The notes under the pieces were generated by a model, which was given only the letters and a program-made list of their open reading frames with translations, had not been told where the DNA came from and did not search any database. DNA of 64,000 nt, taken from positions 316,896 to 380,895 of the forward strand of contig CAZTCI010000001.1 of assembly GCA_964612665.1 (NCBI GenBank). Direction: 5' to 3'. Source of the DNA: an uncultured Planctomycetales bacterium. Lineage in GTDB: Bacteria; Omnitrophota; Gorgyraeia; Zapsychrales; JAHFFX01. Positions 1 through 10,060 of this stretch are shown here, piece by piece. Position 1 is the stretch's first letter; each line of letters opens with the position of its first letter. A program made the position numbers and the translations under genes.

Positions 1-60
1 AACCAATAAATCATCCATCTCTTTTCTAAATTCAGCTTCGCTTAAAAAATGTTTATTCAT
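1..60 (-). CDS. N-terminal fragment of an unknown protein; the gene continues beyond the window edge
   Basis: Minus-strand ATG at 58-60 reads MNKHFLSEAEFRKEMDDLLV with no stop before position 1. It lies immediately downstream of mlaE on the same strand. Confidence 0.3.
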   Translation of the reverse strand, partial: MNKHFLSEAEFRKEMDDLLV

Positions 61-109
61 TACTTTGAAATAGAAAATTTTATATAGTTCTTTGTAATTT
101 ATAAGATAT

Positions 110-919
110 CTACGAATTAAATATAAAATAAAACACCGTCGTAAAAACGCAGTCGGTGATGATGATCAGAATGAAGGAAATAACAACCGAAATCGTTGTC
201 GCCCGTCCCACGCCTTCGGCGCCGCCTTTGACAGTGAGTCCATGATAGCAGCCAACAATCGCGATGATCATGCCGAAAAATACGGTCTTGACCAACCCCG
301 TCACCAGATCTTTGACCCTTAACGACTCAACGACCATGTTGACATACATTGCTTTGTGAATCGCCAATTTCCCGACGCAAATGACAAATCCACCCGTGAT
401 TCCAACCACGTCGGCAAAAATGGTCAAGACCGGCAGCATCAAAACCAGCGCCACGAAACGCGGCACAACCAGATATTTGATCGGGTTAACCGCAAACGCC
501 CGTAACGCGTCGACTTGTTCGGTCACTGTCATCGAGCCAATCTCCGCCGTTACGCCGGCGCCAATTCGTCCGGCGACAATCAGTGCCGTTAAAACCGGCG
601 CGAGTTCCCGGGTGAGCGACACCGCAACCACATTTGGAATATAAATCTCCGCCGAAAGTTTGATCATCTGATACGCCATCTGCAAAGCGATGATCATTCC
701 GATAAAAAACGCGACGAGAACCGAAATAAAAAAACTCCCCGGCCCGATGCGGTAGGCCTGATTCAAAAAACGTACGCCGTGAAAAGGCGGTGTGAAGACC
801 CACAACAATGTCCGCCACCAAAGAATCGTCAGGTCACCGATATAGGTGATACAGTCAGTGGCAATCCGGCGAGGATGATTTAACGTACTTGTAAATAGCA
901 TTTGTGATTTAAATTGCAC
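110..919 (-). CDS. mlaE: MlaE/Ttg2B-family ABC transporter permease
   Basis: 269 aa multi-TM protein with MlaE-like conserved segments (FFIGMIIALQ, VDALRAFAVNPIKYLVVPR). Confidence 0.8.
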   Translation of the reverse strand: MQFKSQMLFTSTLNHPRRIATDCITYIGDLTILWWRTLLWVFTPPFHGVRFLNQAYRIGPGSFFISVLVAFFIGMIIALQMAYQMIKLSAEIYIPNVVAVSLTRELAPVLTALIVAGRIGAGVTAEIGSMTVTEQVDALRAFAVNPIKYLVVPRFVALVLMLPVLTIFADVVGITGGFVICVGKLAIHKAMYVNMVVESLRVKDLVTGLVKTVFFGMIIAIVGCYHGLTVKGGAEGVGRATTISVVISFILIIITDCVFTTVFYFIFNS

Positions 920-1024
920 TCATCGAGCATCAAATTACAAACAATTTAAAATTTCAAAATCAAATGTTCAAAACGTTAAGATTTGGAATTTGGTGCTCGA
1001 GATTTGATTATGAATTCCCCGGTT

Positions 1025-1999
1025 TTAGAATTTGATCTTTTGCTCAACCCCGAGAACTTCCGATTCTTCCTTCAGCGCATTGTCCGAACTTCCTTTTTTT
1101 CTTAGAAAATATTTAAACTCGGAATGCGGGTCTTCTTCTTTTTCTTTCTTCTTAATAGTCCATTCTGTTTGAGAATTACCAGCGACGACAACCGGCATCC
1201 GCGATAACTTGGTCAGCTCTTTACGGTATTCCCCTCGTTTGGACAAATCAAAAGGCCCTTCAAAATTAAAACTTAAGCCGTCTTTTTGCGTGACCGAACC
1301 ATTTAGTTTAACGACCGGATAAGGCCCTTCGGCCTCAGCGGTGAGCGCGTCGTACGCCAATTCTTCAACGAAACCTTCCCAAGTTGAAATCGAACCTTTT
1401 AAAATCGGCTGAGTCAGATTACCACTCAGTTGAATTTTTCCGGAGACAAAACCATCCGCCTTGACATTGGGATCATCCAGCCAAAAGGCGAGAAATTCAT
1501 AAATCGAAATCTCACGCAGGTTCACCATTAGATTAAGCTTGTAAGGATAAGATAATTCAATCGAACCACTCGCCTGCAGCCCGCCAAAAATCAAGTCGGA
1601 AATCTCGAGCGTTTGATTTCTGATTTCAAAATTACCGATCAGCTCGTCGGTAGGTTTATGATTTAACAAAGAGTACTGGCTATAGAATTGGCCGTAGAGA
1701 ATTGGAGACTTCGATTGATTTCTTCCGGTTAAATGAATAGAGCTTTTTAATTGCGTGGAGATTTCAAAAAAAGAAGTCTTGAGATGTTCGAGCATTAAAT
1801 TAAGCTGGACGTCTTTTTCCGTCGGTAAAGCTAATTGCAATTCGATTGTGTTGGGATCTTGTCCGACGGCAAGCTGTAAGACTTTTTCTCGGAAATTAAT
1901 GCTGCCTTTAAATGGATAGGTTTCGAGGGCGCAGGCCTTCGGGAGGTGGACACTGCTTAAGAAAAAAAATAAAATGAAAAGCGGAATTCTTTTGTTCAT
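1025..1999 (-). CDS. secreted hypothetical protein
   Basis: 324 aa ORF with an N-terminal signal peptide (MNKRIPLFILFFFLSSVHLPKACA). It sits upstream of mlaE on the same strand. No recognisable catalytic motif. Confidence 0.5.
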   Translation of the reverse strand: MNKRIPLFILFFFLSSVHLPKACALETYPFKGSINFREKVLQLAVGQDPNTIELQLALPTEKDVQLNLMLEHLKTSFFEISTQLKSSIHLTGRNQSKSPILYGQFYSQYSLLNHKPTDELIGNFEIRNQTLEISDLIFGGLQASGSIELSYPYKLNLMVNLREISIYEFLAFWLDDPNVKADGFVSGKIQLSGNLTQPILKGSISTWEGFVEELAYDALTAEAEGPYPVVKLNGSVTQKDGLSFNFEGPFDLSKRGEYRKELTKLSRMPVVVAGNSQTEWTIKKKEKEEDPHSEFKYFLRKKGSSDNALKEESEVLGVEQKIKF

Positions 2000-2097
2000 G
2001 AACTCCTTTTATGAGTTACCAAGTTTGCCATTTTCCAGTTACCCAGTTGAACGAACTGGCGGGATAACAGGTGAACTGGATAACTCATAAAGCGAAA

Positions 2098-2138
2098 GAG
2101 CGCCGGCGAGGTTTTTATTCTCCGTCGAGCCGGCGCTC
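2098..2138 (-). terminator. intrinsic terminator-like hairpin downstream of clpC
   Basis: 10-bp GC-rich inverted repeat gagcgccggc/gccggcgctc. On the minus-strand RNA it is followed by the U-rich stretch cuuucgcuuu, directly after the clpC stop. Confidence 0.45.
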
Positions 2139-2147
2139 GATTGTCAA

Positions 2148-4574
2148 TTATTCAAATACCAGAATATCATCCTGCCGGCTGACTTTGATCTTCTGACCTT
2201 CTTTAAACCGCCCTGAAATAATGGCCTCGGCCAGCGGATCTTCTAAGAGACGCTGGATCGTTCTTTTTAGAGGCCGCGCGCCAAAAACCGGATCAAAACC
2301 TTTCTCGACTAAAAGATCAATGGCCTCCTGCGACAGCACAATTCCAATTTCTCTGTCCTTAAGCCGGCTGGCCACTTCTTTGACTTCCAGGTTAACGATC
2401 TGATAAAGATTTTCTTTGGTCAACGACTGAAAGACAATAATGTCGTCGATACGGTTTAAAAATTCTGGTTTAAATGTTTTCTTAACTTCGTCGAGCAAAA
2501 ATATTTTCATCTCCTGGTAGGAAATTTCGTCTTTGGGTGTTACAAATCCGAGCGAACCCTTTTTGCGTAAGACTTCCGCCCCGACGTTGGATGTCATAAG
2601 GATGATTGTGTTTCGAAAATCCACTTTCCGTCCCAGACTGTCGGTCAAACGGCCTTCTTCAAAGACTTGAAGCAGGATGTTAAAAATGTCCGGATGCGCT
2701 TTTTCAATTTCATCCAACAGCACAACTGAATACGGACGACGACGAACGCGTTCGGTTAATTGACCGCCTTCTTCATAACCAACATAACCCGGCGGCGCGC
2801 CGATTAACCGCGAGACATTAAATTTATCCATGTATTCAGACATATCAATTTGAATAAGCGCGTTTTCATCGCCGAACATAAATTCCGAAAGCGCCCGGGC
2901 GAGTAACGTCTTTCCCACACCTGTCGGGCCTAAAAATATAAAAGACCCAATTGGTCGACGAGGATTCTTAATGCCGGCGCGTGAACGCCGCACCGAACGG
3001 GCGATCGCGGTAATCGCCTCCTCCTGGCCGATCACGACTTTTTTCAAATAATCTTCCATGTGAAGAAGTTTTTCGCTCTCTTTTTCTTCGAGGCGGACCA
3101 AGGGAATCTTGGTCCATTGGGAAATCACCTTGGCGATATCATCTTCATTTAAGGTCGGCGTAATGTTGTCACGCTTTTGCGTCCATTCGCTGCGCATATG
3201 GTCGAGGCGTTCGCGGGTTTCGCGTTCCTGGTCGCGCATTTTAGCGGCGCGTTCAAAATCCTGGCTTTTGATGAACGCTTCTTTTTCTTTCTTTAACTGA
3301 TCGATCTGCAGTTCCAAATCTTTAACTTCCTGCGGAACAACCATCGCCTGCAGCCGCGCACGTGAGCCGGCTTCATCGAGAATATCGACCGCTTTGTCAG
3401 GCAAAAACCGTCCGGAGATGTAACGGTCGGACAATTTGACCGCGGCATCGATCGCCTCGTCAGTAAATTTAACCCGGTGATGCGCTTCGTATTTATCACG
3501 CAGGCCTTTTAAAATCTGAACCGCTTCATCCACCGACGGCGGATCAACCATAATGGTTTGGAAGCGTCTTTCGAGCGCAGCGTCTTTTTCGATATGCTTA
3601 CGGTATTCATCAAGTGTCGTTGCGCCGATACATTGGATTTCGCCGCGGGCGAGCGCTGGTTTTAAAATATTGGCCGCGTCAATCGCGCCTTCCGCGGCAC
3701 CGGCGCCGACTAAGGTATGAAGCTCGTCGATAAAAAGAATTATTTTCCCTGAACGTTTCAGTTCATCCATGATCGCTTTAATGCGTTCTTCAAATTGACC
3801 GCGGTATTTGGTCCCGGCAATCATTAGCGCCAGATCCAAGACCACAATATTTTTATCACGGAGAATTTCTGGAACATCACCACTGACGATAAGCTGGGCC
3901 AATCCCTCGACGATCGCGGTCTTACCGACACCAGCTTCTCCTAATAGAACCGGATTATTTTTCGTGCGGCGGCTTAAGATTTGCACGATGCGTTCGATTT
4001 CATTGGAGCGGCCGATGACCGGATCGAGTTTTCCTTCTTTGGCTAATTTATTTAAATTGCGTCCATACGCGTCGATCGCGGGCGTTTTGCTGCCGCCTTT
4101 GGCAGGTTCTTGCGCAGTTGCGCCGGAACCTGGAATGCCGGAACCCAAAAGTTCCATGACTTCATTTCGAACTTTGCCAAGGTCCAATCCTAAATTCAAA
4201 AGAACCCGATACGCCATGCCTTCGCCTTCTTTAATTAAACCCAAGAGCAAGTGTTCAGTTCCGATATAATTGTGGCCAAGCGCGCGAGCTTCCTCGGCGG
4301 ATAATTCCAGCGCTTTTTTGGAACGCGGCGTGAAAGGAATGTCACCCAACACTTGCGTCTGCGGTCCAGGCTGGACGAGTTTTTCAACTTCAATGCGGAT
4401 CGTTTCTAAATCCAATCCTAATTTTTGTAAAACTGCGGCGGCCACCCCTTCGCCTTCGCGGATCAAACCTAATAAAAGATGCTCGGTCCCGATATAATCA
4501 TGGTTAAAACGGCGTGCTTCTTCTTTGGCAAACACAATCACCTTGCGGGCCCGTTCAGTAAATCTATTAAACAT
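2148..4574 (-). CDS. clpC: ATP-dependent Clp protease ATPase subunit ClpC (class III stress)
   Basis: 808 aa with two N-terminal Clp-N repeats ([14 protein letters not shown] repeated twice), two AAA+ Walker A motifs ([16 protein letters not shown]) and a UVR-like middle segment. Confidence 0.9.
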   Translation of the reverse strand: MFNRFTERARKVIVFAKEEARRFNHDYIGTEHLLLGLIREGEGVAAAVLQKLGLDLETIRIEVEKLVQPGPQTQVLGDIPFTPRSKKALELSAEEARALGHNYIGTEHLLLGLIKEGEGMAYRVLLNLGLDLGKVRNEVMELLGSGIPGSGATAQEPAKGGSKTPAIDAYGRNLNKLAKEGKLDPVIGRSNEIERIVQILSRRTKNNPVLLGEAGVGKTAIVEGLAQLIVSGDVPEILRDKNIVVLDLALMIAGTKYRGQFEERIKAIMDELKRSGKIILFIDELHTLVGAGAAEGAIDAANILKPALARGEIQCIGATTLDEYRKHIEKDAALERRFQTIMVDPPSVDEAVQILKGLRDKYEAHHRVKFTDEAIDAAVKLSDRYISGRFLPDKAVDILDEAGSRARLQAMVVPQEVKDLELQIDQLKKEKEAFIKSQDFERAAKMRDQERETRERLDHMRSEWTQKRDNITPTLNEDDIAKVISQWTKIPLVRLEEKESEKLLHMEDYLKKVVIGQEEAITAIARSVRRSRAGIKNPRRPIGSFIFLGPTGVGKTLLARALSEFMFGDENALIQIDMSEYMDKFNVSRLIGAPPGYVGYEEGGQLTERVRRRPYSVVLLDEIEKAHPDIFNILLQVFEEGRLTDSLGRKVDFRNTIILMTSNVGAEVLRKKGSLGFVTPKDEISYQEMKIFLLDEVKKTFKPEFLNRIDDIIVFQSLTKENLYQIVNLEVKEVASRLKDREIGIVLSQEAIDLLVEKGFDPVFGARPLKRTIQRLLEDPLAEAIISGRFKEGQKIKVSRQDDILVFE

Positions 4575-4576
4575 AT

Positions 4577-5665
4577 TTATTTCCCTCCTAATTTTTCTCT
4601 GATAAGAGCGGCTCGTCGGGCATCGCGTTCATTCGAACTCAACTTTTTACCTTCGATTTTCTGCAGATGCGCCGGCTGAATCATAATAAAAAGTTCATTG
4701 ATTGCTTTACGATCGACATCTTTGACCATGCCCATATCAACGCCGATCCGGACCATCGATAAAAGCTCGACGGTCTCCTGGCTCGAAATGATATGAGCGT
4801 TTTTAAGAATCCCTAACGAACGAAAAATTTTGTCCTCGAGCATCGCCCGGTTTTGCAGTAACAGCGCCTGACGGGCCTGCTCTTCTTGTTCTATGACTTG
4901 ACGGATTAAACCGTTTATATTTTGGAGAATGTCTTCTTCGCTGTGGCCCAGCGAAACTTGATTTGAGATTTGAAAAAAATTGCCGGTCGCTTGCGTGCCT
5001 TCGCCGTAAAAACCGCGCGAGGCAAAACTCAATTTCGCAATCGCGGCCAGCACCTTGTTGATTTGTTTGGTCATGACGAGCGCGGGCAGATGCAGCATGA
5101 CGGAACCGCGCATGGCGGTCCCAGTATTCGTCGGGCAGGCGGTTAGATAACCCCATTCCTCGGTAAACGCGTAATCCATTTTCTGCGCGATCAGATCGTC
5201 GAGCATGTCCACAATCTTCCAGGTCTCGCTTAAATTAAAACCGGATTGTAGTCCCTGAATACGCAGATGGTCTTCTTCATTAATCATGACGGAAATTATT
5301 TCTTCCTGAGAAACAATCAGGGCTTTGCCTTCGGATCCGGCGGCATGTTCATGACTCATTAAATGCCGCTCGACTAAAAATTGTTTATCGACGTTATCGA
5401 GCTCACCTAAATGCAAAAACAAACTTCCCTTAAACATATCAATTTGCTTAAGCGCCGCTTCGGTTGCTTCCAAAACTTCGGTGAGATTCTTTTTCGTCGA
5501 ACGATTAGGAAAGGGCACTTTGGCTAAGTTACGGGCGAGACGGATGCGTGAAGACATCACAATGTTAGCGTGAGGTCCGGTGCCTTTGAGCCATTGGCCG
5601 GTATGATGGATGAGATCGTCTAATTTCATAGTTTCAAATCTTGCATTCTTTAAGGCACAAGGCAC
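4577..5665 (-). CDS. mcsB: protein arginine kinase McsB (ATP:guanido phosphotransferase family)
   Basis: 362 aa with a guanidino-kinase fold signature. It sits between mcsA and clpC as in the ctsR-mcsA-mcsB-clpC operon. The true start may be the internal Met (MKLDDLIHH). Confidence 0.85.
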   Translation of the reverse strand: MPCALKNARFETMKLDDLIHHTGQWLKGTGPHANIVMSSRIRLARNLAKVPFPNRSTKKNLTEVLEATEAALKQIDMFKGSLFLHLGELDNVDKQFLVERHLMSHEHAAGSEGKALIVSQEEIISVMINEEDHLRIQGLQSGFNLSETWKIVDMLDDLIAQKMDYAFTEEWGYLTACPTNTGTAMRGSVMLHLPALVMTKQINKVLAAIAKLSFASRGFYGEGTQATGNFFQISNQVSLGHSEEDILQNINGLIRQVIEQEEQARQALLLQNRAMLEDKIFRSLGILKNAHIISSQETVELLSMVRIGVDMGMVKDVDRKAINELFIMIQPAHLQKIEGKKLSSNERDARRAALIREKLGGK

Positions 5666-5713
5666 ATTGTATTTGTGCCCGGTGCGCTTGTGCCTTGTGC
5701 CCGCAAGTCGTTT

Positions 5714-6241
5714 TTATTTCGATTTACTCTCCCACTCCCGGATTTTATCGCGCAGATCCGCTGCTTTTTCAAAATTTTCGTTGCGGATCGCGTCTTGAAG
5801 TTGCTGCCGCAGGTCTTCAAGGGTGTCGCCTTTGGGCTTAGGGATTTTGGGGAAATCTTTTAAAGGTTGTTTGCCTAAATGCCGGCTGGAGCCGTGGATT
5901 TTTTTTAAAAGGTTAGCGAGTTGTTCTTTAAATGAGTTGTAACATTCGCTGCAGCCTAACCGTCCGAATTTGCGGAAATCATCATAACTTAAAGAACAGT
6001 TGGCGCAACGGATTTTAATCTTTTCAACGTCTTTGACCTGCTTGCCGAAATCCGCCAGCCCGGCGAGCAAATCCGCGAGCCCAAACTGCTGTTCCATCTG
6101 GACATTCTTTTCCCGCGCGCAGTCTTCGCACAAATGCATTTCTGACATTTGCTCGTCGACAATCTCGGTTAAATGGACGGTTGCTTTCTTTTTGCCACAG
6201 ATGTCACACTGCATATGACTCCTATTTGTTTTCTTTGCCAA
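5714..6241 (-). CDS. mcsA: McsA-like activator of protein arginine kinase (zinc-finger plus UVR domain)
   Basis: Paired Cys motifs (CDICGKK...CEDCA; CANC...CSEC) and a C-terminal UVR motif (ENFEKAADLRDKIREWE). Lies immediately upstream of mcsB. Confidence 0.75.
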   Translation of the reverse strand: MAKKTNRSHMQCDICGKKKATVHLTEIVDEQMSEMHLCEDCAREKNVQMEQQFGLADLLAGLADFGKQVKDVEKIKIRCANCSLSYDDFRKFGRLGCSECYNSFKEQLANLLKKIHGSSRHLGKQPLKDFPKIPKPKGDTLEDLRQQLQDAIRNENFEKAADLRDKIREWESKSK

Positions 6242-6383
6242 ACTGAAAAACTACTTCATTTCGAGTGAGAAAAAAACTAATGATGTACATTAGAATGATC
6301 AAGATTAAGCTCATTGAGAAGACCTGAATTCATAAAATCATTCAGAGAAGCTTGAGTCATGCCTCTTTTGGAACATTCTAAAA

Positions 6384-6569
6384 TCATTTATGATTCGATA
6401 CCGAAGGATTAACTCTCCTAAGGCGAAGGTTGTACTTTTTTTGAATATTTTTCGATTGCTGACGAAAATAGTTGATCAAATTATCTCCACGAAGTCCTTT
6501 AATTTCTTTATAAACTTCATCCTTCCATTTCCAGACATCCTGTAATGATTTATCGTGTTTCATCACCAA
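6384..6569 (-). CDS. small hypothetical ORF overlapping the 3' end of the PIN pseudogene
   Basis: 61-codon ORF in a different frame from the PIN remnant, with no recognisable domain. May be spurious. Confidence 0.15.
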   Translation of the reverse strand: MVMKHDKSLQDVWKWKDEVYKEIKGLRGDNLINYFRQQSKNIQKKYNLRLRRVNPSVSNHK

Positions 6570-7034
6570 TCACCTCCATAGGGGTTATGATCTCAATCCT
6601 TTTTAAATAACCAAATTGGAGATTAACGCTTTGGAATAATTCTTCCCGTCTTAAATTAGCTAAATGTTGATAATTCCATGTCACAATCGCATCCCATTCT
6701 GCCACGGTGGCAATTCCTACATGCAGGGCATCTATCTATCTTGTCCTCTGGGACAATCTTTCGTTTTACGTAGTTTTGAGCTAGTCTTTCTGCATCCGGT
6801 GTCGTTTCAATCCCAACAGGCTCAAACTCATTAATAAGTGTCATTAATTGATCTTTTTTCTGCGAAGGCGCTTTATCAAATTCCCGCAATACCACATCCG
6901 AAATGTAAATTTCATATGAACCTTCTTTTGTTAAAGCAAAAAAAGGTCTTCGTTATCTCCTTTTTCTCTGGTGCATCATCCGCAAAAATAAAATTCCACG
7001 CTGACGTTTCAATGTAAAGCTTAAGTTTTTTCAT
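6550..7034 (-). pseudogene. PIN-domain (VapC-like) gene disrupted by two frameshifts
   Basis: Three consecutive reading frames join into an approximately 163 aa PIN protein (MKKLKLYIETSAWNF...|ALTKEGSYEIYISDVVLREFDKA...PEDKID|ALHVGIATVAEWDAIVTWNYQHLANL...). Frame break 1 is in a T7/A7 homopolymer near 6938-6944. Frame break 2 is a tandem 4-nt duplication (atct)2 near 6731-6741. Deleting one T and one ATCT unit restores a single ORF. Confidence 0.55.
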
Positions 7035-7136
7035 CAGATATATCGCACTGCGTATTTTCAGTTCTCCAGTTTGCCCGTTACCACCAGTTATTAAATTTTC
7101 AAAACTGGTCGACTGGAAACTGGCTAACTCGTAAAC

Positions 7137-8000
7137 TTAATACTTAACCCCACTACGCTTTGTCTCTTCCCTAAACATCTTAATTAATTTCAACGTCAAC
7201 TGCCCAGGCTGCCCGTCGCCGATTGTCCGTCCGTCGACTTTGGTCACCGGAATAATTTCAGCGGCGGTTCCGGTTAAAAAACATTCATCCGCCACATAAA
7301 CTTCGTGACGGGTAATCAAACGTTCAAGTGTTTGGACGCGGATACTTTGGGCGAGTTCAATCACGGTGTCTCGGGTAATGCCTTTGAGCCGTCCCTGCGC
7401 CGGCGTCGATAAAACGCCATTCTTCACAATAAAAATATTATCGCCGGTGCATTCAGCGACATAACCTTGATGATCGAGCATAATGGCTTCGTTAAAGCCG
7501 CTGTTATTAGCTTCTATTTTAGCAAGAATATTGTTGAGATAGTTAAGACTTTTGAGCTGCGGATTTAGGGCATCGGCTAAATTCCTGACGGTCGGCACCG
7601 TAATGATCGCCATGCCTCTTTTGTAAAGCTCCTCGGGATAAAGTGTGATTTTATCGGTGATGATCACAATGTTCGCATCGCCGCGGCATTTACGCGGATC
7701 AAGACCCAAATCGCCTTCGCCGCGGGTCACGACGACGCGGATGTAGCCGTCGCGCAATTGATTGGCTTTAAGCGTTTGAATGATGGCCTTAGACATTTGG
7801 TCTTTGTTTAACGGAATTTTAATCATGAGCGTGTGCGCGGTTTCATAAAGCCGGTCTAAATGTTCTTTCAATTTAAAAACCAAGCCTTGATAAGCACGAA
7901 TGCCTTCAAAAGCCCCGTCGCCATATAAAAATCCATGATCAAAGACCGAAATTCTGGCTTTGTCTTTCTCCACTAATTTTCCGTTAAGGTAAATCTTCAT
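7137..8000 (-). CDS. ilvE: branched-chain amino acid aminotransferase (class IV PLP enzyme)
   Basis: 287 aa with class IV aminotransferase motifs (FDHGFLYGDGAFEGIRAY, ITRGEGDLGL). Confidence 0.85.
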   Translation of the reverse strand: MKIYLNGKLVEKDKARISVFDHGFLYGDGAFEGIRAYQGLVFKLKEHLDRLYETAHTLMIKIPLNKDQMSKAIIQTLKANQLRDGYIRVVVTRGEGDLGLDPRKCRGDANIVIITDKITLYPEELYKRGMAIITVPTVRNLADALNPQLKSLNYLNNILAKIEANNSGFNEAIMLDHQGYVAECTGDNIFIVKNGVLSTPAQGRLKGITRDTVIELAQSIRVQTLERLITRHEVYVADECFLTGTAAEIIPVTKVDGRTIGDGQPGQLTLKLIKMFREETKRSGVKY

Positions 8001-8090
8001 TGTCTTCCTTTCGTTCCAGCGGATTGCGGGTAAGCGAACAGCGGTCGGTTTTTAAAACTGACCGCTAAATCCTAACCCCCAACCCCGCTT

Positions 8091-8759
8091 TTACACTAAT
8101 CTTCCGTCGCGGATGAAAATCGTTTGCTGCGAAAGTTTGGCGATCGAATCGTCGTGCGTGACGATGACGAGCGTCTGGTTGTTTTTCTTATTTAATTTGA
8201 TCAAAAGCTCAACAATCGCTTTTCCTGTTTCTGAATCTAAATTTCCGGTGGGCTCGTCGCAAAAAATGATTTTAGGTTCGTTAATGAGCGCCCGGGCGAT
8301 CGCGACGCGCTGTTGTTCACCGCCGGATAATTGACTCGGCCGGTGCGTGGCGCGCTTGCTTAAACCTACTAAATCTAAAATATCCAGCGCCCGGTTCTCG
8401 AGTGAAGTAGCGCCTTTTTGTTCACCACGAACCATCGCCGGCAGCATAATATTTTCAAGCGCGGTTAATTCCGGCAACAGATGATAAAACTGAAAAACAA
8501 AACCGATTTTTTGATTGCGAAAGGTTGAGCGCTGACGGTCGTTTAACCGGTAGACATCCTGACCGTCTAACGTAACAATTCCTTCCGACGGAGGATCGAG
8601 TGTGCCTAAGATGTGCAGCAGAGTTGATTTTCCCGCGCCCGACGGGCCGACAATCACACACACATCCCCGGCGCGAATGCTTAAACTGATCCCTTTAAGG
8701 ATGTGTAATTTGTTATCGCCATGATGATACGTTTTATGAATATTGACCGCTTCAAGCAT
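8091..8759 (-). CDS. lolD: lipoprotein-releasing system ATP-binding protein LolD
   Basis: ABC ATPase with Walker A GPSGAGKST and signature LSGGEQQRVAIARAL. Adjacent to a LolC/E permease. Confidence 0.85.
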   Translation of the reverse strand: MLEAVNIHKTYHHGDNKLHILKGISLSIRAGDVCVIVGPSGAGKSTLLHILGTLDPPSEGIVTLDGQDVYRLNDRQRSTFRNQKIGFVFQFYHLLPELTALENIMLPAMVRGEQKGATSLENRALDILDLVGLSKRATHRPSQLSGGEQQRVAIARALINEPKIIFCDEPTGNLDSETGKAIVELLIKLNKKNNQTLVIVTHDDSIAKLSQQTIFIRDGRLV

Positions 8760-8782
8760 GAGACTTGTCCTAGGCGCATGAC

Positions 8783-9982
8783 CTATTCGTAACGCAAGGC
8801 TTCGACCGGTTCGAGATTCGCGGCCTTGGCCGCTGGATAAATCGTGGCCAGGTAACTGATCAACAACGCCGCGCCCACAATCATTAAGATATCGCTAAGT
8901 TGTAAAATAACCGGCAAGCGGTCAACGTAATAAATTTCTTGAGGTAATTTTATAAATTGATATTTTTTAAGAATCAGACTTAAACTCACTCCGCCGACTA
9001 ATCCCCAAAAAGTTCCCATAAATCCAATATAAATTCCCCCGAGCGTAAATATCCGTCGGATTGAACGCTTGGGAACGCCGATCGCTTTGAGAATGCCGAT
9101 ATCTTTGATTTTGCTTGTGACCATAACAATCAAGGTGCTGGCGATGTTGAAAGACGCAACTAAAACAATCAAGGTCAGAATAATAAACATCGCAAATTTT
9201 TCTAAACGCAGCGCCGCAAAAAAATTCCGGTTGCTGTCGATCCACGTACGCACCATATAATTAAAACCAATCAGTTTGGAAATCTGTTCTTTAATCTGCG
9301 GGGCGCGATCAACATTTTGCAATTTAACGGCGAGACCGGTCACAATATCCGGCGCCAACGAAAAAATCTCCTGTGCTTTTTTAATATGAACTAACACGAG
9401 ATTCATATCGTAATCATACATTCCTGAAGTAAAAATCCCTGCTATTTTAAGTTTGTGACGCCAGTGTTCACCAGCCATTCCAGACGCCGGTGAAATAAGC
9501 GTGATCTGATCGCCCGTGTGATACCCCCAATAGTTGGCCAAGAGGTTACCGATAATGATTTCATCTTCTTTTAAATTTTGAACCCGGCCGCCGGCGAGAT
9601 ATTCGTTGACTTTAGTTACATTGGCTTCCGTCGCTGGATTAACGCCGCGTAAGACCACACTCATTGCCTGACCTTCTTCTTCAAGAAAAACATTCCCGTG
9701 AACATATGGTGTGATACCAGCAATACCCTCAACACTTTTTACCTTTTCTTCTAAACTATTGTAATCGCGAATACCCGTTTCCTTTTCAATCAAAATATGA
9801 GCGCTCGTGCCGATGATCTTGTCGCGTAAATCGGTATCAAAACCGGTCATAACACCAATCACAATGATCAACGCCATGACCCCGATCGCAACACCGGCAA
9901 TCGAAATGAAATTAATAATCGAAAGAAAGCGGTCTTTTTTAGCGGAGATATATCGGTAGCTTAGCCAGGATTCGTAGTTCAT
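8783..9982 (-). CDS. lolC: lipoprotein-releasing system permease LolC/LolE (FtsX-like)
   Basis: 399 aa with an N-terminal TM segment, a large periplasmic domain and a C-terminal FtsX-type 3-TM bundle. Upstream of lolD. Confidence 0.8.
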   Translation of the reverse strand: MNYESWLSYRYISAKKDRFLSIINFISIAGVAIGVMALIIVIGVMTGFDTDLRDKIIGTSAHILIEKETGIRDYNSLEEKVKSVEGIAGITPYVHGNVFLEEEGQAMSVVLRGVNPATEANVTKVNEYLAGGRVQNLKEDEIIIGNLLANYWGYHTGDQITLISPASGMAGEHWRHKLKIAGIFTSGMYDYDMNLVLVHIKKAQEIFSLAPDIVTGLAVKLQNVDRAPQIKEQISKLIGFNYMVRTWIDSNRNFFAALRLEKFAMFIILTLIVLVASFNIASTLIVMVTSKIKDIGILKAIGVPKRSIRRIFTLGGIYIGFMGTFWGLVGGVSLSLILKKYQFIKLPQEIYYVDRLPVILQLSDILMIVGAALLISYLATIYPAAKAANLEPVEALRYE

Positions 9983-10060
9983 AAGTCTTGTAAGTACACA
10001 AGGACAATTTCATGTGTCTTGTGTACTTGTGCGCTGGTGCCCAATCTGCTATTTCATTCA

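Noticed and set aside
381-644. Plus-strand ORFs fully nested inside mlaE (381-644). The same pattern recurs inside clpC (3109-3300, 3808-4269, 4270-4497), clpB (55034-55405, 54976-55191), bamA (21790-21978) and other large genes.
   Set aside because: These are antisense ORFs inside well-supported conserved genes. They have no start or Shine-Dalgarno context and low-complexity Ala/Arg/Ser-rich translations typical of GC-skewed antisense frames.
6242-6383. CtsR operator upstream of mcsA
   Set aside because: No GGTCAAA-N3-GGTCAAA direct repeat, or its complement, is present in the region.
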